64,000 nucleotides of DNA from a virus (Duplodnaviria > Caudoviricetes), in IMG/VR virus record IMGVR_UViG_3300014208_000026, positions 64,001-128,000 of that record; one strand, given 5' to 3'. This document shows, piece after piece, positions 9,732 to 20,026 of the stretch. Below the pieces are notes generated by a model. The model was not told where the DNA came from, ran no database searches, and saw only the letters and a list, made by a program, of their open reading frames with translations. A program made the translations under genes and the position numbers. Every line of letters starts with the position of its first letter. Within the stretch, counting starts at the first letter, position 1.

Positions 9732-10409
9732 ATGGCTGCGTCACCGCAGGCTATTGCAAGCAAACGTCTTTTGGTCGGTTTGGGCCCAGACGTGAAGCGT
9801 ATTCGTGTCATCAATAGCTACGGTCAAGAGACTTGGAGAACTCCGACTACCGTTGCCGATGCAGACGTGGTCATGACCAACGCCGAGGGCAAGCCCATCG
9901 TCATGCTCCAAGAGCCTGGGCGACCTAGGAAGGTTGAGGTCGAGCCGAATACCGAAGCTATTGCTGAGATGCTGCGGCTGAAGAAAGAGGAGGGGGGACG
10001 GTCCAAGATCATCAAGGCTCTGAAAGAGGACCCCGACTCCCTCAAGGGGTTGGATGCGCTCATCCTCGGTATGGCCGAAGAACAGGAATCTATCCGATTC
10101 GAACGCACGGTAGCCGAAAAGCACGGCAAGGATACGAGTACGCTGTCTATCCGCAGATCCCAGGCCCTACGTGCAATCGCTGAAACTTTGCTGAAGAAGC
10201 GGGAACTGGCTACGGCTAAGGAGATCGATCTGTCCAGTCCTACTTTCAAGGTTCTGTTGCGTTTCATCCTTGAGACTGTCCAGGAGGCCATGCGGGCGTC
10301 GGGTCTTCCAGAGGATGCAATCAACGACGTGTTCACCAAGTTCGGCAAGAAGATGAACGCTACGGAGTGGGAAGCAGATGCTAGACGGTCCATGAAGACC
10401 GCGAACTAG
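9732..10409 (+). CDS. Putative terminase small subunit
   Basis: Charged helical 225-aa protein directly upstream of the TerL cluster. Positional inference only. Confidence 0.4.
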   Translation: MAASPQAIASKRLLVGLGPDVKRIRVINSYGQETWRTPTTVADADVVMTNAEGKPIVMLQEPGRPRKVEVEPNTEAIAEMLRLKKEEGGRSKIIKALKEDPDSLKGLDALILGMAEEQESIRFERTVAEKHGKDTSTLSIRRSQALRAIAETLLKKRELATAKEIDLSSPTFKVLLRFILETVQEAMRASGLPEDAINDVFTKFGKKMNATEWEADARRSMKTAN

Positions 10410-10521
10410 GGAGGGGGAGATAGAAAGTGCTTTTCAGAGTTAGTGCCGATTCGTCCAACTGGGAGTTGGACGTTAGCTGGGCCATGGTGGCCCGGGAATG
10501 GCCTCAAGGAGGGGCCTTATA

Positions 10522-11676
10522 ATGTTGAGAGTTACAGAGTTCGTCGAGCGAGACCTGGGGTTCAAGTTGTTTCCGGTGCAGAAGTTTTTCCTCAGAATGG
10601 CTTATGGGGAGGCTCTGGACACCAAAGAGAAGTTCAAAGTCCCGCGAAGCTGGCACCTGGATAGCTTTTATGACATGACAGAGGCCGAGTATTTGCAGTT
10701 TCTGTACAACGAAGGGCGTTGCAATGCTTCGGAGCCAGACCCGTCCTTGAGAGACGTGTTTCTGGCAGGAGGCAGGCTCGGCTCCAAGTCAACCCTGAGC
10801 GCAATCCTATCGGCCTACGAGACATATAAGCTGATTCAAAAAGATAACCCACAGAAATACTACGGAATGTTGGAAGGGACGACAATTGACGTATTGTCTG
10901 TGTCTACAGACAAAGATCAAGCCGGAATGGTTTACCAAGAGGCGTCATTACTGCTGAGCCGCAGCGGGTACACCCGTCCCTATAGGGCACTTTCGACCCT
11001 GTCGTATACGAGGTTTCAGTCCCCCGCGGACGTCAGGCGTTATGGTTTTTTCCAGGGCCAGGAGGCGGGGTCTAAAGCCACTCTCCGTATGACTTTCAGG
11101 TCATGTATCGCAAAGGGTCTTAGGGGTCCTAACTGTGCCGCCGTGATTCTTGACGAGATGGCCCATTTTTGCGACGAAGGTCAGGGCTCAGCGGAAGCTG
11201 TCTACGACGCTGTGACCCCTAGTATCGCAAATTTCACTCCCAAAGACCCGACTGATCCGAGGATTGTGATCGGTCCTCGGGAGTCTAGTCTTTTTGTTCT
11301 TTCCACCCCCCTGATTGCCGTTCAAGGGGATGAGCCTGATTTCTTCTGTAGTTCGTACTCCAGTTCTTTCAAGTCTGGCGGGTGCCTATGCCTCCAGATC
11401 CCGACTTGGGAGCTTAACCCTGCTATTCCGGTTGGGGTGTATCAGAAAGCCTTTGAACGGAACCTCGCTACTTTCGAGGCAGAGTTCGGGGCGCGGTTCG
11501 TTACGCGGGAAAAAGTCGTGACCCCCTCATCCGGGATTTCTCGAATCAAGGTGCTGGTGCTCAGGTCGGGCGTAGAGACGTGGTTGCAGCTAGAAGGGCT
11601 CCAGGAGACTGACGTCATCCCCTTGAAAATTGATGGTACTCCTTTTATCGCAATGACCCGAACCGGAGATAACTAA
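10522..11676 (+). CDS. TerL ATPase-domain-only paralogue 1
   Basis: Collinear with TerL (KATLRMTFRSCIAKGLRG, VILDEMAH, QIPTWELNP, EFGARF). P-loop is GRLGSKS; no nuclease domain. Start chosen at ATG 10522 after AAGGAGG. Confidence 0.8.
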   Translation: MLRVTEFVERDLGFKLFPVQKFFLRMAYGEALDTKEKFKVPRSWHLDSFYDMTEAEYLQFLYNEGRCNASEPDPSLRDVFLAGGRLGSKSTLSAILSAYETYKLIQKDNPQKYYGMLEGTTIDVLSVSTDKDQAGMVYQEASLLLSRSGYTRPYRALSTLSYTRFQSPADVRRYGFFQGQEAGSKATLRMTFRSCIAKGLRGPNCAAVILDEMAHFCDEGQGSAEAVYDAVTPSIANFTPKDPTDPRIVIGPRESSLFVLSTPLIAVQGDEPDFFCSSYSSSFKSGGCLCLQIPTWELNPAIPVGVYQKAFERNLATFEAEFGARFVTREKVVTPSSGISRIKVLVLRSGVETWLQLEGLQETDVIPLKIDGTPFIAMTRTGDN

Positions 11677-11677
11677 A

Positions 11678-12628
11678 ATGCATGGAATCATCGAGTTCGC
11701 CGAGAAGAGCCTGAATATCCGTCTCTATCCTGTCCAGAAAGTCGTCCTCAAGACTATCTATGGAGAGCCTTTGGACGACAGGGAAGCCTTTAAGATCCCG
11801 ACCGATTGGAGACAAGAAAAGTATCTCTCCATGACAGAGGCAGGATACCTTCAGTATCTATATGAAGAGGGACGAAGCAACGTGAGGGAGCCTAATCCCG
11901 CACTCAAAAAATCCGTTCTCGTAGCCGGACGTCGGGTAGGTAAGAGTTTTCTGGAAACTATCATCATGAGGCACGAGATCCAGAAGTTGGTTTCTCCGGA
12001 TTTTGGAGATCCTCATGCTAGATATGGTTTGTCGCTGAATGACAAGATCAATGTTATATCGGTTACTCCAGGGAGTGATCTAGCCCGCTACATCAAGACA
12101 GAGTTCTGTGCTCTTGTTCCGGGAGTGCCTACTTACGGGGAGTCTGGGACAAGATTCCGGACTTCTGCTCTGAACAGTTCTCTGCGCTCCCCTGCGGAGT
12201 ATAACGTGCGGGCTATGTTCCTGTCTTCTTACTCTCCAGAAGTTTTGAGAGGTTTGAATGCCTATGTTTTGATTTTGGATGAGGCAGGGCATATGACGGA
12301 CAGGCAGTTGTGCGATATCACAAACGCTTGTGGTGCCTATGTGTTTTTTCCGAAAAAAGAGGGCAAGCCTAGCGGGCCTCTGGAGTCCAGAGTTGTCACT
12401 ATCTCCTCTCCTGGAAGGCCCTTTTACGATAAACGCAAAACACTATTCCAGCAGATATATGAGATAGATTTCAGAATGGGGACCAGTACGTGTTTCCAGA
12501 TTCCGACGTGGGAAATGAACCCCACTATCCCTGCCAAAGAGTATTCTAAGCACTATGACAAAGATCCTCTTATTTTTGAAATAGAGTTCGGGGCTAGGTT
12601 CTTGGAGTACAAGGAGACTCTTGTATAA
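11678..12628 (+). CDS. TerL ATPase-domain-only paralogue 2
   Basis: LYPVQK, Walker A GRRVGKS, LRG..VLILDEAGH, QIPTWEMNP; stops just after EFGARF. Confidence 0.8.
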   Translation: MHGIIEFAEKSLNIRLYPVQKVVLKTIYGEPLDDREAFKIPTDWRQEKYLSMTEAGYLQYLYEEGRSNVREPNPALKKSVLVAGRRVGKSFLETIIMRHEIQKLVSPDFGDPHARYGLSLNDKINVISVTPGSDLARYIKTEFCALVPGVPTYGESGTRFRTSALNSSLRSPAEYNVRAMFLSSYSPEVLRGLNAYVLILDEAGHMTDRQLCDITNACGAYVFFPKKEGKPSGPLESRVVTISSPGRPFYDKRKTLFQQIYEIDFRMGTSTCFQIPTWEMNPTIPAKEYSKHYDKDPLIFEIEFGARFLEYKETLV

Positions 12629-15600
12629 TGGCTGGTTTAGGTGACATAGCCCTCGACATTGGGCGCAAGGCTTCCACGGGGAAGGGTAGCGGCAAGATTG
12701 CCAACATCATCGACTTCGTCGAGTCTCCCTGGGGGTTGAAGGCCAGACTGTATCCTGTCCAACGGGTGATCCTCAAAGCCCACTACGGGATCCCCCTGGA
12801 TGACCGGAACAAGATTGTCAATCTCACGGATTGGCGCCGCGAAGATTCGCGCATGATGACTGAGGCTGACTATCTTAAATTTCTATTTGATGCGGGTAGA
12901 TGTAATATTAGAGAAGTAGATCATGAACGTAGAGAGATGATACTCTCGGTCGGACGTCGCTCGGGCAAGTGCAATTTGGGTGATAGTTTAATATTAACTA
13001 ATAAAGGTGTAACAAGAATAGATGCTCTAGGCGATCCTAACGGACCGGAGTTTCAGCCTCTCGAAATCGAGGTTGCCCAGGAAGCAGATAGAAAGGCGAT
13101 TTCGAAGTTTTTCTACAACGGGGGTGTGAAGCCCACCCGTACTTTGACCACTCGCTGCGGTTACAGACTTGGGGGGACGGACAACCATCGTATCAAGGTT
13201 CTGACCCAAGACGGCATAGTGGATTGGAAGTACCTTGCGGATATCCAGGTCGGGGATACCGTTTGCATTCACCGTAAGACGGACCTGTGGGCTTCCGAAT
13301 ACGTTGACTGCACCCCCTACTGGACAAGCGGGGGGTTGAAAAAACTCACTTTTCCGACTTTGTTGGACGAGGATTGGGGTTTCTTGTTGGGTCTTCTCGC
13401 GGGGGACGGAACCTGGGTTCACAAGACCGGCATAGAATTGACCGTGGCTGATATTGAAACCAAAATTCACGCTCGTGCCCTGTGGGATCAGCTTTTTGGC
13501 AGTCACAAAGAGCAGCAGGTTAAGGAATCTCCGATAACCAGTAGAGTGCAGTTTTTCAGTGTCGCTATGAGGCAGTTCCTTCACAACCTAGGCTGGGAGC
13601 TTGGCATTGCTCGGGACGCCAAGATGGTGCCCTGGTCCATCATGAGGTCCCCTAAGTCTGTTGTCCAAGCTTTCCTGCGGGGTCTGTTTGAGACGGACGG
13701 CGGGGTTGAATCTGGCGGTAAGGTCGTTTCATTCAGCACTGCGAGCGGCCGACTGGCCCGAGAAGTGCAAACTCTCCTTCTCAATCTGGGTATTGTCAGC
13801 CGTATCAAGCCGAAACCTATCAAGGGCAAGATTTACTGGATCTTGTGCGTCAGAGGGCTTCGGAGTCGGATTGCTTTTGCTGAACTCGTAGGATTCGACT
13901 CGCACAAGAAAATGGATCCCCTGCTGGCGTCGATTGAGGCGGCAGGGAAAGAAGGGAGCAATGCAGAAGGGATCCCGTACCAAAGACCCTGGTTGCGGAA
14001 ACTGTTGGAGTCTGTTCCTGCCCTTCAGGGCATTCCGGGGCACAAGCAGGAGTGGAGCCGGTCCAAGCTTCGGGCGGTATTAGGCAACACTCTCAAGCCC
14101 AGCACCGCTGAAGAAGTAACATATCCTATGTTGTTGAATGCCCTTCCCGTTGCTCGCTCCCTGGGAGCAGACCTTAGAATCATTGCCCATTTCGAGGAAC
14201 TTCAGCGCCTCGACTATTTCTTCGACCCCATCGAGACCATCGAGGAGGGGGAACATCCTGTCTACGACCTGAACGTGCCCGACGGGGAGTCTTTCGTAGC
14301 CAACGGGATGACAAACCACAACACGATGATCTCGGCTCTCATTTCCGTCTACGAGATGTACAAGCTGATCCAGAAGGGCAATCCGCAACACTACTATGCT
14401 CTTCCGCAGACCAACAACATTCAGATCATCTCGGTCGCTACGGACAAAGACCAAGCAGGAATTCTCTACAACGAGGCTTCCGGCTATTTCCGTTCGTGTG
14501 ATTTCTTCCAACCGTATACCGCCAACAACACCCTGTCCTATGCTCGTTTCCAGTCGCCCGAGGATATCCAGTTGTACGGTCCCTACGCTGAGGACCCTAC
14601 GGCCAAGGCTACTCTCCGCATGACCTTCCGGTCCTGCGTTGCGAAGGGGCTCCGTGGTGCTGGTAACCTTGTGGTCATCCTCGACGAGGTAGCCCACTTT
14701 ACGGATTCGGGGCAGTCCTCTGCTTCCGCCGTGTATGACGCTGTGCAGCCGTCTACCGCTACGTTCTTCCCGAAGGACCCGAAGGACCCTACGACCCCTC
14801 TCGGTCCTGGTGAGGGCCGTACCATTCTGATTTCTTCCCCGCTCGGTCGAGAAGGCATGTTCTACAAGCTCTTCGAGATCGGGTTCAAGGGCGGAGAGGC
14901 CGCCGAGAACATGCTTTGTGTTCAAGCCCCCACCTGGGAGGTAAACCCGACCGTTCCGGCCAGTGAGTTCAAGAAGCATTTTGCCAAGGACGCCAAGGTC
15001 TTCTTCACGGAGTTTGGGGCGGACTTCTCGGATCGTACTCGTGGTTGGATTGAACGCGAGAAAGACCTGACGGACTGTATTAAGCCGGATGCGAAACCGA
15101 CGTACAAGGCCGCTCCCAGACAGCCTCACTTCTTGGGTCTGGACGTCGGGTTGGTGAACGACGGTACCGCTATTGCCATCGGACACAATGAAGGCGACCT
15201 GATCGTCCTGGATATCATGGACTACATTCGAGCTGGAGAGGGCAAGTACGTTCACCACGAACGGTTGGAGTTTGAGGACGTGGCCCAGTGGGTTTACGAG
15301 TGGACTCGCCGTTTCCATATCAAAGAGGGCATTTTTGATAAGCACCTTGCAGACGTGATGGAGCAGTACCTGACTAAGAAGGGTATCGGGACGCTGGTTT
15401 CGCAAAGGTTCACTCCGCAGGAACGATCAGATGTGTACCAGTCGTTCAAGGATATGATGTACGACCGGAGGCTGGTCCTCTATGACGCTCCGATTGTTTC
15501 CGGAGAAATCCACTGTGCGTACATCAAGGAACTGTTGGAGTTGCAGGCAGAGACGCGCACCAAGTATATCACCGAGGTCAGAGCCCCGAATATCGAAGGC

Positions 15601-15834
15601 AAGCACGACGATATGTCGGACGCCTTGACCCGTATGGTCTGGTTGGCTTCTCAGGCGGCCTGTAAGACCCATCACATTGCTGTGACCAGCGGGGCTACCA
15701 GCAGGGACTACGTTCGTGACCCTATGTTGTCCTCATCGAGCAAAGCCGTTATGCGCCGTCACCGGATGACCCGTTCAGGGAGTTCTCCTGAGCGAATGAT
15801 TCCGAGGGGCGGGCGGCTTGGAAGGCGGTTCTAA
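12628..15834 (+). CDS. terL: Terminase large subunit with intein (617 aa after splicing)
   Basis: Walker A GRRSGK|T interrupted by an intein; Walker B VVILDE; RNase H-like nuclease HFLGLDVG..D...HDDMSDA. Confidence 0.92.
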   Translation: MAGLGDIALDIGRKASTGKGSGKIANIIDFVESPWGLKARLYPVQRVILKAHYGIPLDDRNKIVNLTDWRREDSRMMTEADYLKFLFDAGRCNIREVDHERREMILSVGRRSGKCNLGDSLILTNKGVTRIDALGDPNGPEFQPLEIEVAQEADRKAISKFFYNGGVKPTRTLTTRCGYRLGGTDNHRIKVLTQDGIVDWKYLADIQVGDTVCIHRKTDLWASEYVDCTPYWTSGGLKKLTFPTLLDEDWGFLLGLLAGDGTWVHKTGIELTVADIETKIHARALWDQLFGSHKEQQVKESPITSRVQFFSVAMRQFLHNLGWELGIARDAKMVPWSIMRSPKSVVQAFLRGLFETDGGVESGGKVVSFSTASGRLAREVQTLLLNLGIVSRIKPKPIKGKIYWILCVRGLRSRIAFAELVGFDSHKKMDPLLASIEAAGKEGSNAEGIPYQRPWLRKLLESVPALQGIPGHKQEWSRSKLRAVLGNTLKPSTAEEVTYPMLLNALPVARSLGADLRIIAHFEELQRLDYFFDPIETIEEGEHPVYDLNVPDGESFVANGMTNHNTMISALISVYEMYKLIQKGNPQHYYALPQTNNIQIISVATDKDQAGILYNEASGYFRSCDFFQPYTANNTLSYARFQSPEDIQLYGPYAEDPTAKATLRMTFRSCVAKGLRGAGNLVVILDEVAHFTDSGQSSASAVYDAVQPSTATFFPKDPKDPTTPLGPGEGRTILISSPLGREGMFYKLFEIGFKGGEAAENMLCVQAPTWEVNPTVPASEFKKHFAKDAKVFFTEFGADFSDRTRGWIEREKDLTDCIKPDAKPTYKAAPRQPHFLGLDVGLVNDGTAIAIGHNEGDLIVLDIMDYIRAGEGKYVHHERLEFEDVAQWVYEWTRRFHIKEGIFDKHLADVMEQYLTKKGIGTLVSQRFTPQERSDVYQSFKDMMYDRRLVLYDAPIVSGEIHCAYIKELLELQAETRTKYITEVRAPNIEGKHDDMSDALTRMVWLASQAACKTHHIAVTSGATSRDYVRDPMLSSSSKAVMRRHRMTRSGSSPERMIPRGGRLGRRF
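12970..14322 (+). mobile_element. Intein with LAGLIDADG endonuclease in the TerL P-loop (451 aa)
   Basis: Starts CNLGDSLI, block B GTDNH, LLGLLAGDG and FLRGLFETDG, ends YDLNV..FVANGMTNHN; +1 residue is Thr. Confidence 0.92.
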
Positions 15835-15836
15835 CC

Positions 15837-16085
15837 ATGAGCGCACTTTCCCCAAAGAGTCCTATCAGGGCGGATCACCGAGTGATCTGGAAAGTTGTGA
15901 AGCTGACAGGCGGGAACGGGGCTCTGCGAATTGACAGTGAGATGACTCGCATCTCGAACGTCTTTCGAAGGCTGGGTGGGTCCTGGACGGGTTTCTTCAA
16001 AGGGAGCATCGACGATGTGACTCTGTTGAAGAAGGTGGTGCGGTTCGCTATGAAAAAGGGATACGTGACGAAGAGTTCTGAGTAA
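15837..16085 (+). CDS. Small hypothetical protein
   Basis: ORF fills the gap between terL and 16104. Confidence 0.55.
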   Translation: MSALSPKSPIRADHRVIWKVVKLTGGNGALRIDSEMTRISNVFRRLGGSWTGFFKGSIDDVTLLKKVVRFAMKKGYVTKSSE

Positions 16086-16103
16086 GAAGGTAGAGTAGAG
16101 ACT

Positions 16104-16430
16104 ATGAGTAAGATGCGGGCCCGTCTATCTTCCATGGAAAACGATAGAGAGGTGCAAAGCCATGTAGCCGAGGCCGAAAGTGCCTTGGCGAAGGCAATGC
16201 AAGTTGCCAGGGCTGCATCGGGAGAGGCTGGTTCTGCTCAAAGGACACGTTCGGTTGCCGTGATTCGGGATATCGAGAGGGCGTTACATGCCCTGTCTGG
16301 AATCCGGAGAATCGGGGGGATTGATCTTACCGATGAGGATTTGATGGGTTCGGAGGAGAGAAAGAAGGTACGGGAGGCACGAGCGGTTGCCCGTGACGAA
16401 AAGACTCAACGTGCTCGAAGGAGTGCTTAA
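16104..16430 (+). CDS. Small helical hypothetical protein
   Basis: ORF directly upstream of the portal gene. Confidence 0.55.
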   Translation: MSKMRARLSSMENDREVQSHVAEAESALAKAMQVARAASGEAGSAQRTRSVAVIRDIERALHALSGIRRIGGIDLTDEDLMGSEERKKVREARAVARDEKTQRARRSA

Positions 16431-16432
16431 CT

Positions 16433-18304
16433 ATGGCTGTCCAAAAACCGCGTACACGTCGAGTGTCTATCGTTGGGAATCGAGGGACCCCCCGGAGGGT
16501 CGTGGCAGGGGCCATGCGGTCGAACGGGTTGGAGGGGGCTGTTGAAGTCTCTAAAGTAAAGCCTCGTCCGGCAACCCTGGGCCGTCCCGCCGTCAGGACG
16601 GGAAAGCCAGGGAAGATTGCCTCTGGCTCGATGCGGTTGGGTACTTCCGCTTTCGGCATGCCCGGGATTGGGAACTCTACGATGGGGCAGGGAGGTAACT
16701 TCTACTCCCCTGAGTTGTCGACTGACTTTTTGGAATTGCCGCAGAGCAGGGACGAAGAACGAAACTACTATCGGTTCTTCTACAAGCACGATCCTTTCGT
16801 CGGTCAGGCTATTGACCTCCAGACAGATATTCCGCTCTCGAAGATTCGATTGGGTAAGCCTGAGATTCCAGAGTTTGATTTGGACTATTTGAACAGCCCC
16901 GAAGGAAAGGAATTCTTGAAGGGGGCGGACAAACTGGCCAAGCAGTCCCAGCGGTTCTGCAAGAAGTGGAACCGTAGGATTCACTTGCTGAAACAACTTC
17001 TGGATATCTCCCATGATTTGAACCTTCTCGGTGAGGTTTTCGTTTTCATAGAGGACGACAATCCAGAGATGCCTGACGACGTGAGATACAACACGGTCCT
17101 GGCGATTGATCCCGAAGGGGGGGAGCCAGTAGAGCAGAAGCATGAGCGCGAAGACGCGGATGAGCGGGCCTACGAGTGGCTCCGGACGCATTACAAGGGA
17201 TGGACCGCCATGCGGGTTCTGCCGCCCGAGCAGATCAGTATGAAGTCTTTCCCCTTCACTGACGAGAGGCTCATCCAGCTCATTATTGATAGTAAGACCA
17301 AGGATCTCGTGAACCAAGCTATGGCGGGGGATCCCGACTCCCAGCGGATCATGGAAAGTCTGCCTGAGGATGTGGTTAATGCTGTGCTAGAAGGGGTCAA
17401 CATTCCTTTGAACACGGACCCTGAAGCAGGATCTTTCGTACATTATATATCTCGTCGTAAGTCTCAATATGAAGAGAGAGGCACTTCTGTATTATCAAGA
17501 TGTATAAGAACACTTGTTTTTATGGACAAATGCCGTCAGGCAAATACTTCGATTGCATCTCGTCATATGACACCTATGCGTATTGTTTGGGTTGAAGATG
17601 GCGATGCGGCTGATGTTGAAGAATTGCGTGAACAAGTTGATATGGCGCTTCAGGACCCCGACTATTCGATCATCACGAACTATCAGGTCAACTGGGAGGA
17701 GATGGGGGCGGAGCAGCGGCTTCTGGATCTAACTAGTGAGTACGAGCGAGCAGACCGTATGTTGTATGCCGGTCTGGGAGTTACGGAGTCGCTGTTGTCC
17801 GGTGAGTCCTCCTACTCAGGGGATAGGATCAACCTGGAGGTGATCAACACCCGTTTCATGCTCTTCCGCGAGTTGATGCAAGAGTTTGTCGAAGAGCACC
17901 TCTACGCTCCGATGTGTCGCCGGATGGGTTACGTGGTCACGGACGAGTGGGGGGACGAGATTCCGCTGGTTCCTGGACTGTCCTTTACTCGACTGGCTCT
18001 GCGGGACAATGCGGACACGTTCGACTCCATGCTGAACCTCTACCAGAAGGGCAGTTTGGATATTGACGTGATCCTGGAACTCTTGAATATCGATCCCGAG
18101 ACGACCCGCGAGAAGCTGAAGCGGGATCTGTTCACTCTCCAGGACGCCACCTTCAACGAACTTCTGCGTAGCATCTACAACGACGCGGCTCAGAAGCTCA
18201 ACGACAATTCCAACATGATCGACCTCATGGCGAAGAAGATGGGGATCGACGGGCTGGTGTACAAGAAGGCACAGGAAGAAGGCGACGGTCGGTTCGGCGG
18301 CTAG
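16433..18304 (+). CDS. Portal protein
   Basis: 623 aa just downstream of TerL; FYKHDPFVGQAIDL..IPLS, RGTSVLSRC, LGVTESLLSG.S.YS are portal-like motifs. Confidence 0.75.
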   Translation: MAVQKPRTRRVSIVGNRGTPRRVVAGAMRSNGLEGAVEVSKVKPRPATLGRPAVRTGKPGKIASGSMRLGTSAFGMPGIGNSTMGQGGNFYSPELSTDFLELPQSRDEERNYYRFFYKHDPFVGQAIDLQTDIPLSKIRLGKPEIPEFDLDYLNSPEGKEFLKGADKLAKQSQRFCKKWNRRIHLLKQLLDISHDLNLLGEVFVFIEDDNPEMPDDVRYNTVLAIDPEGGEPVEQKHEREDADERAYEWLRTHYKGWTAMRVLPPEQISMKSFPFTDERLIQLIIDSKTKDLVNQAMAGDPDSQRIMESLPEDVVNAVLEGVNIPLNTDPEAGSFVHYISRRKSQYEERGTSVLSRCIRTLVFMDKCRQANTSIASRHMTPMRIVWVEDGDAADVEELREQVDMALQDPDYSIITNYQVNWEEMGAEQRLLDLTSEYERADRMLYAGLGVTESLLSGESSYSGDRINLEVINTRFMLFRELMQEFVEEHLYAPMCRRMGYVVTDEWGDEIPLVPGLSFTRLALRDNADTFDSMLNLYQKGSLDIDVILELLNIDPETTREKLKRDLFTLQDATFNELLRSIYNDAAQKLNDNSNMIDLMAKKMGIDGLVYKKAQEEGDGRFGG

Positions 18305-18315
18305 TTTTTTTTTTG

Positions 18316-18337
18316 CCTATAGGGTCTGTCTGGGTAG
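18316..18337 (+). promoter_or_regulatory. Putative late promoter
   Basis: T-tract then CCTATAG-N11-GTAG; nearly identical to 55874..55895. Confidence 0.5.
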
Positions 18338-18361
18338 GTGAGTTTCTTAACTTGAAAGGTT

Positions 18362-18856
18362 ATGACCATGACGACCCTGAAGAGCGCGTGTGTGAAGTTG
18401 GCGTATGAGAATCCGGAACTCCGCCCTCTGCTGATGCCTCTGCTGCGAAGCAAGACGGCAACCGAATTCCCCTCAAAAGAGGCTCTTGAGAAGTACCTCA
18501 AGGATCACCCCGGGGCAAACCGGTCGAACCATAAAGTTGTCGAGAACAAGGGTAAGGGAGAGGCCAAGACTGAGGGCAAAGAGGATTCTAAGGCTGTCTC
18601 CATGTCTCGTGAAGGCTACAAGGCTATTGCAAATTCCCTCCGTGGGTTTGGCAGTTCAGGTTCTTGGGAGCACGTTATTTCCTATGCCATTTCGGATAAG
18701 CCCATGGAAAGGAAGCACGTGGATAAGGTTCTTTCCGACATCAACGGGTATCTGAAGAACTGGAAAGCAACCTCCGAGAGTAACCGTTGGGGGGACAGGG
18801 ACAAGAAGAGCCTGACTCGGGCCAAGGGCATTCTGGAGAATTGGTCCAAGAAGTAG
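18362..18856 (+). CDS. Basic hypothetical protein with N-terminal PELR leader (start may be 18368)
   Basis: TLKSACVKLAYENPELRPLLMPLLRSKTA. Confidence 0.75.
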   Translation: MTMTTLKSACVKLAYENPELRPLLMPLLRSKTATEFPSKEALEKYLKDHPGANRSNHKVVENKGKGEAKTEGKEDSKAVSMSREGYKAIANSLRGFGSSGSWEHVISYAISDKPMERKHVDKVLSDINGYLKNWKATSESNRWGDRDKKSLTRAKGILENWSKK

Positions 18857-18889
18857 TTCCCATTCTCCCCACTCTCGCGCAATAACCAG

Positions 18890-18910
18890 TCTATTCCTTT
18901 CCTCTAATAG
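18890..18910 (+). promoter_or_regulatory. Putative late promoter
   Basis: TCTATTC-CTTTCCTCTA-ATAG upstream of 18920. Confidence 0.3.
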
Positions 18911-18919
18911 AACCTCTGC

Positions 18920-20026
18920 GTGAGTTCTGCCGTGGGTGCTATTCTATACTTGACCAACGTCAAGGTTTTCGAAGAAGCCTTGGCAAACTTGAATCGGTCG
19001 ATTCTCTACCCGACTGACCGTTGGGATCTGGCTATCAACTACGACACGCTCATGAGAAACGGGAAGCGTTGGGCAGACTACATCATCGACAAGCTGTCTG
19101 TTCCTCCCGCCTATGCCAAGTCGGTGGAAATGATTTCCAGGGAGTTTGCCAAGCCTCGGCGTCCCAAGGATATTCCAGCTTGGTTCGAGAAGAACAAGAA
19201 GCGGTTGGAAGTCCTGCTCCTGGCTGACAAGTGGCCCCAGGCTTCTGAGAACGAGGGTACAGAGGGAGAGGTTTTCAAACACGGGGGGTTGACAATCCAC
19301 AACGTCATTCGAGCAAGCGGTAAGGCTCTCGAAGATGCTTTGAAGACCCTCGATATCGCGATGAGGAATGCTGCGGGTACGGGGATCTCGGATTTCCGGT
19401 CGGTGGTGTATGGGGACGTGTACCTCGTCGGGCAGTTGGGCCGAAAGAACTGGGCCGCTTGGTATATGCCCGCCAAGGATATGATTTACCTCCGACCTGG
19501 GGTCAGGGGCTTACCTCCCGAAGAGTGCGCCCAGCACCTGTTGCACGAGTTCGGGCACCGGTACTGGAAATTGAAGTTGTCTCGTGAGGTAATGGGGACT
19601 TGGAACTCACACCACTACCTCATGGAACATGGAATCGGTGCGGGTGGAGACGCTGAAGCCAAAATGCCGGAGGTCGGGGATGCACTCCCTATGAATGTGG
19701 ATAGGAAAAAGGTCAAGGTTGAAAAGATTGAGAAGTCGACTTATTCTCTTGTTGCCGTAGATACGGGGGCTCCTGCGGGCACAATATCTTTTAGTCAGCT
19801 ATTCAATTGGCTGTACAATTATTCAATAGCCGAGAAGTTTCCGACCCTGTATGCCCGCACGGATGCCGAAGAGCACTTCTGCGAAGCATTGTCCCTGAGG
19901 GCTCTGGGCAAGCTGAAGGCTCACAACCTGGAAGCATTCGACAAGATTGTTCTGGGAGAAGGGAAGGGACAGGGGGCTGTGAGGGTTGCGGGTCGGTGGT
20001 TGCGAGGAAAGGGCTGGGCAAGATGA
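18920..20026 (+). CDS. Zincin metallopeptidase (MPTase / lethal-factor-like) with C-terminal RVAGRWL tag
   Basis: LLHEFGHRY plus downstream YARTDAEEHFCEAL. Confidence 0.75.
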   Translation: MSSAVGAILYLTNVKVFEEALANLNRSILYPTDRWDLAINYDTLMRNGKRWADYIIDKLSVPPAYAKSVEMISREFAKPRRPKDIPAWFEKNKKRLEVLLLADKWPQASENEGTEGEVFKHGGLTIHNVIRASGKALEDALKTLDIAMRNAAGTGISDFRSVVYGDVYLVGQLGRKNWAAWYMPAKDMIYLRPGVRGLPPEECAQHLLHEFGHRYWKLKLSREVMGTWNSHHYLMEHGIGAGGDAEAKMPEVGDALPMNVDRKKVKVEKIEKSTYSLVAVDTGAPAGTISFSQLFNWLYNYSIAEKFPTLYARTDAEEHFCEALSLRALGKLKAHNLEAFDKIVLGEGKGQGAVRVAGRWLRGKGWAR

